Below, piece after piece: positions 51,505 through 61,602 of a stretch of DNA of 64,000 bases. Within the stretch, counting starts at the first letter, position 1. Each line of letters begins with the position of its first letter. The translations under genes and the position numbers were made by a program. The notes beneath the pieces were generated by a model. It did no database searches. It had not been told where the DNA came from and worked only from the letters and a program-made list of their open reading frames with translations. This DNA comes from an uncultured Gemmatimonadales bacterium. Its GTDB lineage: Bacteria > Gemmatimonadota > Gemmatimonadetes > Gemmatimonadales > GWC2-71-9. The stretch covers positions 1,632,001 to 1,696,000 of the forward strand of contig CAWHFW010000005.1 in assembly GCA_963828735.1 (NCBI GenBank). Direction: 5' to 3'.

Positions 51505-53856
51505 ATGCTCCTCACACTCCTCCTGCTGACGGCTGACACCGATCCGGCCGCCGTGTACAACGGTCGCGCCGGTCGCTTGGACGTCCACCCACCGAGGCTC
51601 GAAGCCGAGCTCACGGTGGACGGGGCCCTGGACGAGGCGGCGTGGTCGCAGGCGGCGTTGCTCACGGGGTTCTCGCAGTTCGCGCCGGTAGACGGCGTCG
51701 CCGCGTCGGATTCGACCGAGGTGCTCGTGTGGTACTCGGCGACCGCGATCCACTTCGGAATCCGGGCGTTCGAGGCGCACGGCGAGGTGCACGCGACGCT
51801 CGCCGATCGCGATCGCATCGGCGCGGACGACAACGTGCAGATCCTGCTCGGCACGTTCGACGACGGGCGGCAGGCCTCCATGTTCGCGGTGAATCCGCTC
51901 GGCGTGCAGTCGGATGGCGCGCTGGTCGAGACCGGGGCCACCAGCGGCAATGGGTTCAACAACGCGGTGGTGCGGCGGGAGACGGCGGACCTGAGTCCCG
52001 ACTTCGTGTTCGAATCGAAGGGACGGCTCACCGACTACGGGTACGAGGTCGAGATCCGGATTCCGTTCAAGAGTCTCCGTTTCCAGCCGGCCGCGGAGCA
52101 GCGCTGGGGCATCAACGTGACGCGACAGGTGCAGCACTCCGGCGTCGAGGACTCGTGGGCGCCGGCCAAGCGTGCCAGCGCGTCGTTCCTCGGACAGTCG
52201 GGGCACCTCGTCGGGCTCACGGATCTCCGGCGCGGGCTGGTGCTCGAGTTCAATCCCTCGTTGACCTCGAAGACGACCGGATCGCCGGGCGTGAACGGCT
52301 GGGCGTACACCGGCGGTGGACCGGAGGTGGGCGGGAGCGTCCGCTGGGGCATCACCAACAATCTCAACCTCAACGCGACGGCGAACCCGGACTTCTCCCA
52401 GGTCGAGTCGGACGAGGGACAATTCCTGTTCGACCCGAGGAACGAGCTCTTCTTCTCCGAGAAGCGGCCGTTCTTCCTCGACGGCATCGAGCTATTCAAC
52501 ACGCCCAACTCGCTGATCTACACGCGGCGCATCGTCCAGCCGATGGGCGCCGCCAAGCTCACCGGCAAGGGATTCGGCACCGACATCGCGCTGCTCTCCG
52601 CGGTGGACGATCCGGGCGTCTCGGCGACCGGCGACGTCCATCCGGTCTACAACCTCCTCCGGCTGCAGCGCGACGTCGGGGCGCAGTCGCGCGTCGGCGT
52701 GGTCTACACCGACCAGGTCGTGGGCAGCGACTACAACCGCGTGGCCGGCGCCGACGCCCGGATCCTCTTCGGCGAGGTGTACAGCGTCCAGCTCCAGCTG
52801 GTCGGCAGCCGCACCCGCACCGGCGGCATCACGACGACGGCGCCGATGTGGTACACGCGGTTCGTCCGGAACGGGCGGACCTTCGGCTTTCGGTTCACCG
52901 CCAACGCGAGCGATCCGGACTTCCGGGCGCGGAGCGGCTTCTTCCCGCGTCCGGGGTTGTCCCACGTCAACTTCGATCCGCGGGTGACCGTGTACGGCCA
53001 GCCCGGGAGCCTGGTCGAGAGCGTAACCGGCGACGTGAACCTCGACGGGCTCTATCGGTACGATCAGTTCGCCACCAGCGAGGGCATGCAAGAAGAGAAG
53101 ATGCACTTCAACGGGAACGTGCGGCTCCGCGGCGGGTGGAACGTGGGCGCGTCGATGCTGGTCGAGGCGTTCGGCTATCCGGCCGAAGTGTACAGCGACT
53201 ATCGCATCGAACTGCCACGCGCCGACGCCAGCGGGGTCGATACGGTGCCGTTCGTGGGGAGTCCGCGCATTCCCAATCGCGACTACGTGCTCCAGCTCGA
53301 CACGCCCGAGTTCTCGACGTTTTCGGGCAACGTGTTCGTGCTGTGGGGGCACGACGAGAACTTCTACGAGTGGGCCTCCGGCGCGCTCACGCTGTTCAAC
53401 GCCGGCATGGACTGGCGGCCGACGGACCAGCTCAGGATCAACGGTACCTACCAGCTCCAGCGGGTGGGCCGCCGACCGGACGGCAGCACGGTCAACCTCC
53501 AGCACATCCCGCGGCTCAAGGTGGAGTACCAGGTGTCCCGGCCGGTCTTCGTGCGCGTGGTCGGGGAATACACCAGCGAACGGCAGGACAACCTGCGGGA
53601 CCACACGCGCACCGAGGCGCCGCTGCTGATCTTCGACCCCGCGGTGGACGACTTCGTGCGGGCGACAGCGTTCACGCGCGCGTCGTTCCGAGGGGACCTC
53701 CTGTTCTCGTACCAGCCCAACCCCGGCACGGTCCTGTTCGCGGGGTATGGGAGCACGCTGCGGGACCCGGTGGACCCGGACGATCCGCTGCGGACTGGGC
53801 TGCGGCGGTCGGACGACGGCTTCTTCTTCAAGATCAGCTATCTGTTTCGGATGTAG
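51505..53856 (+). CDS. CBM9-like and DUF5916 outer-membrane protein
   Basis: VDGALDEAAW, EIRIPFKSLRF, NPDFSQVESD, EKRPFF, terminal FKISYLFR. Confidence 0.88.
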   Translation: MLLTLLLLTADTDPAAVYNGRAGRLDVHPPRLEAELTVDGALDEAAWSQAALLTGFSQFAPVDGVAASDSTEVLVWYSATAIHFGIRAFEAHGEVHATLADRDRIGADDNVQILLGTFDDGRQASMFAVNPLGVQSDGALVETGATSGNGFNNAVVRRETADLSPDFVFESKGRLTDYGYEVEIRIPFKSLRFQPAAEQRWGINVTRQVQHSGVEDSWAPAKRASASFLGQSGHLVGLTDLRRGLVLEFNPSLTSKTTGSPGVNGWAYTGGGPEVGGSVRWGITNNLNLNATANPDFSQVESDEGQFLFDPRNELFFSEKRPFFLDGIELFNTPNSLIYTRRIVQPMGAAKLTGKGFGTDIALLSAVDDPGVSATGDVHPVYNLLRLQRDVGAQSRVGVVYTDQVVGSDYNRVAGADARILFGEVYSVQLQLVGSRTRTGGITTTAPMWYTRFVRNGRTFGFRFTANASDPDFRARSGFFPRPGLSHVNFDPRVTVYGQPGSLVESVTGDVNLDGLYRYDQFATSEGMQEEKMHFNGNVRLRGGWNVGASMLVEAFGYPAEVYSDYRIELPRADASGVDTVPFVGSPRIPNRDYVLQLDTPEFSTFSGNVFVLWGHDENFYEWASGALTLFNAGMDWRPTDQLRINGTYQLQRVGRRPDGSTVNLQHIPRLKVEYQVSRPVFVRVVGEYTSERQDNLRDHTRTEAPLLIFDPAVDDFVRATAFTRASFRGDLLFSYQPNPGTVLFAGYGSTLRDPVDPDDPLRTGLRRSDDGFFFKISYLFRM

Positions 53857-53921
53857 CGGGCGGCGAATGTCCGCCGCCGCGGGTTCGCTCCCCATGTGCC
53901 GCCCCGCGTTACCTTCCTTCC

Positions 53922-54338
53922 ATGTCAGGCCAACTCTCCAGGACGCTGCGCCTCTTCGGGCGCGCGCTCCGGTTGCGGTGCCCGAACTGCGGTCAGGGCA
54001 GGTTGTTCACGTCCTGGCTTCGGATGCGCGAGCGGTGTCCCGTCTGCGGGCTCAAGCTGGAGCGCGGCGAAGAGGGATACCAGGTGGGCTCGTACATGTT
54101 CAACATCGTCGCCGCCGAGCTCGTGTTCGCGGCCGTGTTCGTGGGGGTCGTGGCGCTGACCTGGCCGGCGCCGCCGTGGAAGCTGCTTCAGTTCGGAGGG
54201 AGCGCCTTGATGGTGATCGCACCCTTCGTCTTCTTTCCCTTCTCCAAGACGCTCTTTCTCGCCTTCGATCTGGTGTTCCGTCCGGCGTCGAACGACGAGC
54301 TCTGGGGGCCGGCCGGCGACTCGGTCCGCACGCGCTGA
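53922..54338 (+). CDS. DUF983-family membrane protein
   Basis: RCPNCGQGRLF...CPVCG, two TM helices. Confidence 0.85.
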   Translation: MSGQLSRTLRLFGRALRLRCPNCGQGRLFTSWLRMRERCPVCGLKLERGEEGYQVGSYMFNIVAAELVFAAVFVGVVALTWPAPPWKLLQFGGSALMVIAPFVFFPFSKTLFLAFDLVFRPASNDELWGPAGDSVRTR

Positions 54339-54865
54339 TGGAGCTCGACCTCCCCGGCGGCCGGATCCGAAGCTGGCGCCCGGGCGACGAGCCCTCGCTG
54401 GCGCGCCACGCGGACAACCGGAAGATCTGGCTCAACGTGCGCGACCGCTTCCCGCATCCGTACACCCTCGCGGCCGCCGAAGAATGGGTGGCCATGGCCT
54501 CGGCGGCGGACCCCCAGACCCAGTTCGCGATCGAGGTGGGCGGTGAGGCGGTGGGCGGGATCGGGCTGTTCCTGCAGCAGGACGTGGAGCGCTACTCGGC
54601 GGAGATCGGGTATTGGCTCGGCGAAGCGTACTGGGGGCGGGGAATCGCGACGGCGGCGGTGCAACGGTTCACGGACTACGCGTTCGACGCGTTCGGGCTC
54701 TGCCGGATCTATGCGAGCGTGTTCGTCTCGAATGAAGGGTCGATCCGGGTGCTGGAGAAGACCGGATATCAGCTCGAAGGGCGGCTACGGCAGGCGGCGG
54801 TGAAGGATGGGCAGGTGGTGGACGGGCTGCTCTACGCGACGCTGCGGCCGTTTCGAGGGCCTTGA
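54338..54865 (+). CDS. GNAT N-acetyltransferase (RimJ/RimL family)
   Basis: AEIGYWLGEAYWGRGIAT, NEGSIRVLEK. Confidence 0.92.
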   Translation: MELDLPGGRIRSWRPGDEPSLARHADNRKIWLNVRDRFPHPYTLAAAEEWVAMASAADPQTQFAIEVGGEAVGGIGLFLQQDVERYSAEIGYWLGEAYWGRGIATAAVQRFTDYAFDAFGLCRIYASVFVSNEGSIRVLEKTGYQLEGRLRQAAVKDGQVVDGLLYATLRPFRGP

Positions 54866-55068
54866 CCGTGCGGTCGGGGTCCGCGGCTGCGGCGGGGGCG
54901 GGGCTCGCGGCGGTCGCTGCAGGGCGCTCCGGCGGGTGGGATCGCGCAGCGGGTTGAGCGCGCCCTGACGCTCCCTCTGCGAGCCCCGCCCCCGCCTCCG
55001 CCCGACGCTCCTGGGCGCGCGAGCTCTCGTTCGAGCGACGACATTGCCTGATTCGCTATCTTCGCCCG

Positions 55069-55103
55069 GTCTTACCGTCTTACCGTCTTACCGTCCTTAC
55101 CGT
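55069..55103. repeat. Short tandem repeat (GTCTTACC) x3 plus one variant
   Basis: GTCTTACCGTCTTACCGTCTTACCGTCCTTACCGT, intergenic. Confidence 0.8.
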
Positions 55104-55197
55104 TGCGTGCAAATCCTTCCCTCACCCGCATCACCCGACTTGCCGGGGCATGGACATTGCCCCATCGTGTCATTGCTTCCCTCTCATCGAGGTCCCT

Positions 55198-55785
55198 GTG
55201 AACCGAGCGCTCTACGCCGCGGGCTGGGGGTATGTGGCGCTCTGCGGCCTGGTTCTGCTGACGCGGCGCGGCGGCGCGCCCGTGGCAGTCGGCGGAGAGC
55301 CGCCCGCCCCCGTCCCCGCCTTCCGCGGCGAGGCGGGCGAGTGGTTCGCCCAGGTCAAGCCGTTCTGCAATGCCGTCGAGGTGGAGGTCCGGCAGCAGCA
55401 CCTGCCCGCGCCGGCCACGGTAGACGGGGCGGGGTACAGTGCGGCCTGCTACGCGCTCGCCGGGAAGATCGATCGCGCGCGTGAAGTGATCGACCGGCTG
55501 GCCGACGGCGACCGGAGCAGCGCCGCCGGCATCGTGTTCGAGGTCGGCCACCCCGTGGCCGACGCCGGCGACGATCAGTCGGCCGGCCCCATCATGCGGC
55601 TGGTGGTGAGCTATCAGCCCCGGAACTACATGGCGCTCTACCACGCCGGGATGTCCGAGTACATCCTGGGCCAGATGGACCTCGCGAAGACCCACCTGAC
55701 TCAGTTCCTCGACCTCTACCGCAGCGACGACGGCTGGCGGAGCAACGCGCTCGACGTGCTCCGCCGGCTGGACGCCGCGCACTGA
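55198..55785 (+). CDS. Membrane-anchored hypothetical protein with TPR-like helices
   Basis: N-terminal hydrophobic segment; YMALYHAGMSEY...AKTHLTQFL. Confidence 0.65.
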   Translation: MNRALYAAGWGYVALCGLVLLTRRGGAPVAVGGEPPAPVPAFRGEAGEWFAQVKPFCNAVEVEVRQQHLPAPATVDGAGYSAACYALAGKIDRAREVIDRLADGDRSSAAGIVFEVGHPVADAGDDQSAGPIMRLVVSYQPRNYMALYHAGMSEYILGQMDLAKTHLTQFLDLYRSDDGWRSNALDVLRRLDAAH

Positions 55786-55792
55786 GCCGCTC

Positions 55793-57634
55793 GTGACGTC
55801 GTCCGCCGCGGCGTCCGGGCCCGGCTATCTCTCACCGGGAACCGTGCTGCGGGGCCGGTACGAGATCGGTCGCGAGCTCGGCCGCGGCGGCTACTCGGTG
55901 GTCTACCTCGCTCGCGACCGAGAGCTGGACACCGACGTCGCGCTCAAGCTGCTCGTCCCGCCGCCCGCGGCGGCGATTGTGGCCCGCGAGCGAATGCGCC
56001 GCGAGGTCCAGGCCGTGCGCGGCCTCTCCCACGCCAACATCGTGGCCGTCTTCGATTTTCTCGAAGAGGGCCCGTGGAGCTTCATCGTGATGGAGTACGT
56101 CCGCGGCCCCGACCTGCAGGTTCGGGTGGCCGACCGCGGCCCGCTCGACGCGGACACCGCCGTCGCCCTCGGCCGCGACGTGGCGGCGGCGCTTTCCACG
56201 GCGCACCGACGGGGCATCCTCCACCGCGACGTGAAGCCGCAGAACATTCTGCTCGATTCGGACGGCAGGGCCCGCCTCACGGACTTCGGCTCCGCCAAGC
56301 TCGACGGGCAACTCGGCGTCACCGGAAGCGGAACCCTGGCCGGCACGCTCGCGTATACCGCGCCCGAGGTGCTGGCGGGCCGCCGTGGCGACGCTCGAGC
56401 CGACGTGTATGCGCTCGGTCTCACGCTCTACTATGCGCTCACCGGCGACCTGCCCGAGCGCTCCTCACCGCACCTCCCGCCGACGCCTGTGCTCGAAGGA
56501 TTTCGCCCGCGGCGATCCGCGCCCGCCGCCCCGGGCTGGCTCGACGACGTCGTGGCGCACGCGACCGCCTCAGCGGCCGAGGCCCGCTTTCCGACGGCGG
56601 CTTCGCTCGGCGAGGCGCTTGCGCGACCCGGGGCTGCGTCGGCGCTGCTGATGGATGACGGCGGCACGTGTCTGCTCTGCGCCGGCCCGGACCCCCTGGC
56701 CCTCGGCCTGTGTCCGGCGTGCGGCGGCTCGACTGACGCCGCTGACACGCTCGTCTTCCTGCGGCGTGAGGCGACGGCCTCGGATCGTCGCGCCGCCGCG
56801 CTCCGTCTCGCGGTGGTACTACCGGACCTGGAGCGCGGCGCGACGCGCGCGGCCGCGTGCGGTGAGCGGCCGGTCTTCCGGGTGCCGAGGGCCGGCGTGA
56901 CGCGCCTGGTGCAGGAGCTCGAGCGGCGCGACCTGGCCGTACGGGCGGTTCCCACCACCCGCGCGTGGAGCGCGCTGCCGGCCAAGGCGTGGGTCACGGC
57001 CGGCGCGGCGGTGACCGCGGGCGCGATCGCGGGAACGGCGGCGATGCCCTTTCTGCTCTGGACCAGCCCGATCGTTGGGACGCTCGTGCTGATGGGTGCC
57101 CGGCGAGATGCGCGGACGCCGCTCGTGGCGCCGCCCGCCCGCGAGGCCGCGTTACCCCCGGCGCTCGAGCGCACGGTGATCGAGGCCCTGGTGGGGCTCC
57201 CGCCCGGCACGGCGCGGAGCCTGCTCGCGGACGTGGTGCGGGCGAGCGACGGGTTGTTCGCCACTCTCGCGAGCGCGGGCGACGAGCGCGGCATCGGGGC
57301 CTCGATCGAGGAGCTGGTGGCGGCAGCGTGCCGGGCCGCCACGGACCTGGCCGATCTGGACGAGAACCTCGCCCGGTTCGAGCGCCAGCGCGAGCGTTTC
57401 GCGGCCGCCGCGCCCGAACGGCTGGACGCGCTCACCCGCTCGGAGCGGACGCGCGATGCGCTGGTGCAGCGGCTGCTGGAGGCGATGACCGCGGTCGCGA
57501 GGCTTCGGACGCAGCAGGCGGAGCTGGCGCAGGCGAGCGATCCCACACTCAGCGAGCTCGCAAGCGAGCTCCGGCGCGAGGCGGAAGCGCAAGCCGCCGC
57601 GGCACAGGAGCTGGAGGCGTTCCTGAGGAGTTAG
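55793..57634 (+). CDS. Ser/Thr kinase with a zinc ribbon, TM hairpin and C-terminal coiled coil
   Basis: LGRGGYSVVY, HRDVKPQN, DFG, YTAPE; CLLC...CPAC. Confidence 0.9.
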   Translation: MTSSAAASGPGYLSPGTVLRGRYEIGRELGRGGYSVVYLARDRELDTDVALKLLVPPPAAAIVARERMRREVQAVRGLSHANIVAVFDFLEEGPWSFIVMEYVRGPDLQVRVADRGPLDADTAVALGRDVAAALSTAHRRGILHRDVKPQNILLDSDGRARLTDFGSAKLDGQLGVTGSGTLAGTLAYTAPEVLAGRRGDARADVYALGLTLYYALTGDLPERSSPHLPPTPVLEGFRPRRSAPAAPGWLDDVVAHATASAAEARFPTAASLGEALARPGAASALLMDDGGTCLLCAGPDPLALGLCPACGGSTDAADTLVFLRREATASDRRAAALRLAVVLPDLERGATRAAACGERPVFRVPRAGVTRLVQELERRDLAVRAVPTTRAWSALPAKAWVTAGAAVTAGAIAGTAAMPFLLWTSPIVGTLVLMGARRDARTPLVAPPAREAALPPALERTVIEALVGLPPGTARSLLADVVRASDGLFATLASAGDERGIGASIEELVAAACRAATDLADLDENLARFERQRERFAAAAPERLDALTRSERTRDALVQRLLEAMTAVARLRTQQAELAQASDPTLSELASELRREAEAQAAAAQELEAFLRS

Positions 57635-57915
57635 GGCGGCTCCGGAGGCTTTCCATTACCCATGCCCAGCCCCGTTTCCTGTCGCCCACCCGCCACAGCA
57701 GTCGCATCCTCGGCCTCCCTAGCGCAACCAACTGCAGACCTATACTGGCTTGTGCCAAGCTCCATTCCCTCGCGGGCTTGCACCGGTGCTCGGCCATCCT
57801 GTTACCCACCCCCGAGGCATGCGTCCGCTGGCGTACCTCTTGCCCCTCCCCTTCTGAACACTCCTGACACATCGATCACATCGAATACTACTCCCCGGGG
57901 AGCGGCCGGGCCTCT

Positions 57916-59130
57916 ATGCGCGTGTTGCTGCTCAACTACGAGTATCCGCCCTGCGGCAGCGGGGCCGGCCTCACGACCGAAGCCCTCGCCGAAGGCCTTG
58001 CGACGCGCGGGGTGACGGTCGATGTCGTCGCCGGCGGAGATCATGCGTCCTCCGATCCCAAACTGTTCTGGGACGGCGAAGCCGAGTCGGAGGGTATGCT
58101 CATGGTCCACCGGGTCTCGAGCCGGCGGCGCGCGGCCCAGGAGTCGGGGGTCCGAGGGGCGATGGGCTACCTCTCGGCTGCCCTGCCCGTGGTCCGCCGC
58201 CTGCTCGAGCGTGAGCAGTACGACGTCGTGCATTTCGTGTTCTCGCTTCCCACCGCGGCCATGCTGCCGCTGCTCGACCTGCACGGGGCGCCGCTCGTCG
58301 TGTCACTTCGTGGATCCGACGTCCCCGGATACGACGAGCGTCTACGCGGCGTGCAGCGCGCGCACCGGCTGCTCAACCCGCTCACCCGTTGGATCTGGCG
58401 CCGCGCCGACCGTGTGGTGGTTCCCTCGGAGAGCCTTGGGCGACTCGCGCAACGGACCGATCCGCGGCTCCGGTACTCGGTGGTTCATGGAGGCGTGGAG
58501 CTGAGCTGCTTCCGACCGCGCGTCGCGCTCCGGCGGGTGCCGGATGGAATCACCCGCTGCCTCGCGGTGGCGCGACTGGTCGAGCGCAACGGTCTGGATG
58601 ACCTCATCGAGGCGTTCGCGCTCCTCGACCGGGAGCGATACCAGCTCGAGATCGTCGGCAGCGGGCCGCACGAGGCGGCCCTGCGCGAGCGAACGCAGCG
58701 GCTCGGGCTCGAGCGCCAGGTGAGGTTCACCGGCTGGCTCGACCGCGGGCAGATGGCGCGGCGGTATCGGGAGGCCGATCTGTTCACGCTCACGCCCTGG
58801 GTCGAGTCGTTCGGCAACAGTTTCCTCGAGGCGCTGGCCTCGGGGCTTCCCGTGGTCGGAAGTCACGTCGGGGGAATCCCCGAGATGATCGAGCACTCCA
58901 AAAACGGGATGCTGGTGAAGCCGCGCCGCCCGCCCGAGCTGGCCCACGCGATTTCCTACCTTGCCGCCGATCCGCGGCTCTGCGCCGAGATCGGACGGCG
59001 GAATCGCGCGCAGGCGGAACAGAAGTTTTCCTGGGACCGGATGACCACTCGCTACATCTCGCTCTATAACGGCGTCCAGCACCACGTCCCTGCCCGCCGA
59101 GTGGTGGAACTTCCCTCGAGCAGTTGGTAG
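57916..59130 (+). CDS. Glycosyltransferase family 4
   Basis: LLNYEYPP, SLRGSDVPG, ESFGNSFLEALASGLPVV. Confidence 0.92.
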   Translation: MRVLLLNYEYPPCGSGAGLTTEALAEGLATRGVTVDVVAGGDHASSDPKLFWDGEAESEGMLMVHRVSSRRRAAQESGVRGAMGYLSAALPVVRRLLEREQYDVVHFVFSLPTAAMLPLLDLHGAPLVVSLRGSDVPGYDERLRGVQRAHRLLNPLTRWIWRRADRVVVPSESLGRLAQRTDPRLRYSVVHGGVELSCFRPRVALRRVPDGITRCLAVARLVERNGLDDLIEAFALLDRERYQLEIVGSGPHEAALRERTQRLGLERQVRFTGWLDRGQMARRYREADLFTLTPWVESFGNSFLEALASGLPVVGSHVGGIPEMIEHSKNGMLVKPRRPPELAHAISYLAADPRLCAEIGRRNRAQAEQKFSWDRMTTRYISLYNGVQHHVPARRVVELPSSSW

Positions 59131-59147
59131 GTCCACGGACCTCTTCC

Positions 59148-60461
59148 ATGCCTGAACTCGCGGAGTGGCTGTCGGGCGGCTCGCCCGCGCAGCTGTTCGT
59201 GCACGGCCACACCCACGCCGACCGCGCGCTGGTGCTGGCGCGTCCTCAGGACATCGTCTGCGTGCCAGACGAGGTTGACCCCTCGTATCTGGCCTACCTG
59301 GCAAACCTGGGTCTCGGACCACGACCGGGGCACGTCGTCGCCGCATCACGCTTCGGCCCGCCCGCCCCGGCCGACCGGGCATTCTGGGCCCAGCTTGCCT
59401 GGGTCGCCGACGCACTCCGCGCGCTGGCGGACCTGCTCCGCCGAAACGGCGTCACGCGGCTCCATCCGTTTGCAACGTCCGGCGGCGAACAGTCGCTGGC
59501 CGCGGCGCTCGAGGTCGCGGCGGACACGGAGGTCCGCGTCGCCGCGGCCGATCCCGAGACCGCGGCATACGCCAGGCAGAAGCACCACATCCGCGCGAAG
59601 GCGATGGAGCTGGGCGTGCCCGTGGCGGACGGCGAGGTGGTGACGCTGCCCAAGGCCGGAGGCCGCCGGCGCGGCGACTACGACGCCGTGCGCGCCGCGG
59701 TAGAGCGCCACCTGCGTCCCACAGGCCGCGCCATCGTGCGCGGCGCGCAGGGTGCGGCCGGCGAGTCCACCTTCGTCGTCGGCGGCCGGGGCGAGGACGT
59801 GGACGGGCTGCTTCGCCGCCTGTGCCAGCGCGAGGACAACCGGGTGTACCTGGTCGAGGTGCTTCTCCCGGCGATCGTGTCGCCCCATGTGCAGCTCCAC
59901 GTCGCACCCGATGGCGGGCCGATCGTCTGTGTGGGCGTCACCGACCAGCGGTGGGAGCGGCCGTTCGTCCACGGGGGCAACATCCATCCGTCGGCCGGCC
60001 GGAGCGTGCAGGAGATGCTGGATTGGGCGGAGCGGCTTGCGCGTTGGCTCCAGGGCCTGGGCTACGCCGGACTTCTCGGGCTCGACTTCGTGGAGTATGC
60101 GGACCCGGACACGGGCGCCGTGCGGACCATCCTCGCCGAACTGCATCCGGACATGGATACGGCCACCTACCCCCTCGCGATCCAGCAACGCTTGAACGCG
60201 GGGCAGCGCGAGTGGGGCCGTCCGGAGAGCGGGGCGTTCGTGTCTGGCACCCTCAAGATCCGGCCAACGACGTTCGCGCGGTTTCGGCGAGCGGCGGAGC
60301 CGTTCCTGTACTCGCCCCGCACCGGGCGCGGGATGGTTCCCTACCACGTGAGCCGGCTGGGAGAGGGTCGCTGTGGCATGGTGATGCTGGGTGGCTCGAG
60401 GGACGAGGTGCTGCGCGCCTACGGCGAGCTCCAGACCTGGTGCCGGCGAGAGGAGCGCTGA
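59148..60461 (+). CDS. preATP-grasp/ATP-grasp-like protein (divergent)
   Basis: DRALVLARPQDIV, YLVEV, TDQR...HGGNIHP, GYAGLLGLDFV. Confidence 0.6.
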   Translation: MPELAEWLSGGSPAQLFVHGHTHADRALVLARPQDIVCVPDEVDPSYLAYLANLGLGPRPGHVVAASRFGPPAPADRAFWAQLAWVADALRALADLLRRNGVTRLHPFATSGGEQSLAAALEVAADTEVRVAAADPETAAYARQKHHIRAKAMELGVPVADGEVVTLPKAGGRRRGDYDAVRAAVERHLRPTGRAIVRGAQGAAGESTFVVGGRGEDVDGLLRRLCQREDNRVYLVEVLLPAIVSPHVQLHVAPDGGPIVCVGVTDQRWERPFVHGGNIHPSAGRSVQEMLDWAERLARWLQGLGYAGLLGLDFVEYADPDTGAVRTILAELHPDMDTATYPLAIQQRLNAGQREWGRPESGAFVSGTLKIRPTTFARFRRAAEPFLYSPRTGRGMVPYHVSRLGEGRCGMVMLGGSRDEVLRAYGELQTWCRREER

Positions 60462-60463
60462 GG

Positions 60464-60493
60464 TTGACACTCGGGGTCGCGGGCCCGTAATAT
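60464..60493 (+). promoter_or_regulatory. Putative sigma70 promoter
   Basis: TTGACA-18 bp-TAATAT. Confidence 0.5.
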
Positions 60494-60518
60494 CCGTCAT
60501 CTCGATCCCGAGTCGAAT

Positions 60519-60587
60519 GTGACGTTGTCGAAGCGCGAGATCGTGTGCATGTGTCGCTGTATGGTCCCCGTCGAGGCGTGGGGCTAG
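60519..60587 (+). CDS. Putative Cys/Met-rich leader peptide (22 aa)
   Basis: GTG...TAG encodes [22 protein letters not shown] upstream of a sulfurtransferase. Confidence 0.55.
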   Translation: MTLSKREIVCMCRCMVPVEAWG

Positions 60588-60621
60588 AGCGGTCGCGCGC
60601 GAGCTCAGGATGTTCGAGATC

Positions 60622-60665
60622 ACCGGCCGCACTCCCTCGGGGAGCCCGCGGCCGGTCTTCGTTTC
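60622..60665 (+). terminator. Attenuator-like hairpin in the sulfurtransferase leader
   Basis: ACCGGCCGC/GCGGCCGGT outer stem, CTCCC/GGGAG inner stem, then CTTCGTTTC. Confidence 0.5.
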
Positions 60666-60708
60666 GGGATGCGACCAGCGATCTCGTCCACGTCCAAGGA
60701 GGCTAGTG

Positions 60709-61602
60709 ATGGGCACAGCACAGGCAGTACCGGCGGCGACACCGATCGAGCAGCGAGGCTATGCCCACCCCGAGGTGCTGGTCTCGACCGACTGGGTGGC
60801 GGAGCATCTCAACGATCCGAAGGTGCGGCTGGTGGAGTCCAACGAAGACATTCTGCTGTACGACACCGGGCACATTCCCGGCGCGGTCAAGATCGACTGG
60901 ACCACGGACCTGAACGACCAGCTGATCCGCGACTACGTGGACCGGAACAGGCTCCAGGCGCTCCTCCGGTCGCGCGGCATCAATGACGACACCACGATCG
61001 TGTTCTACGGTGACAAGAACAACTGGTGGGCGACGTACGCGCTCTGGGTGCTCCAGCTCTTCGGCGTCACCAACGTGAAGATCCTCGACGGCGGACGGCT
61101 CCGCTGGGTGGACGAGGGCCGGAAGCTCTCGAGCGACACACCGACGTATCCGGCGGGGAACATCACGGTCGGCGAGCGAAACGACCAGCGGATCCGCGCA
61201 TTCCGCGACGACGTGCTCAACCACCTGAAGAAGAAGGGCCAGCTCGTGGATGTGCGGAGCCCGGAGGAGTTCCGGGGCGAGAAGACCCACATGCCCGAGT
61301 ATCCGCAGGAGGGCTGCCTCCGCGGCGGGCATATCCCGGGCGCCAAGAGCATTCCGTGGGCGAAGGCGATCGACCTCGACACGCACACGTTCAAGTCGGC
61401 GGCGGACCTTCGGAAGCTGTACGAACAGGAGAACGCGCTCACGAAGGACCAGGAGACGATCGCGTACTGCCGGATCGGCGAGCGCTCGTCGCACACGTGG
61501 TTCGCGCTGACGTATCTGCTGGGGTTCGACAAGGTGCGAAACTACGACGGGTCGTGGACCGAGTGGGGGAATGCAGTGCGGCTGCCGGTGGAGAAGCCGT
61601 AG
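60709..61602 (+). CDS. Thiosulfate/3-mercaptopyruvate sulfurtransferase (two-domain rhodanese, SseA/CysA-like)
   Basis: AAGGAGG RBS; GHIPGA twice, [18 protein letters not shown]. Confidence 0.95.
   Translation: MGTAQAVPAATPIEQRGYAHPEVLVSTDWVAEHLNDPKVRLVESNEDILLYDTGHIPGAVKIDWTTDLNDQLIRDYVDRNRLQALLRSRGINDDTTIVFYGDKNNWWATYALWVLQLFGVTNVKILDGGRLRWVDEGRKLSSDTPTYPAGNITVGERNDQRIRAFRDDVLNHLKKKGQLVDVRSPEEFRGEKTHMPEYPQEGCLRGGHIPGAKSIPWAKAIDLDTHTFKSAADLRKLYEQENALTKDQETIAYCRIGERSSHTWFALTYLLGFDKVRNYDGSWTEWGNAVRLPVEKP

Noticed and set aside
50587..54338. Long ORFs 50587..53856 and 51642..54338 as single proteins
   Set aside because: Their 5' extensions overlap real genes in other frames; credible starts are 51505 and 53922.
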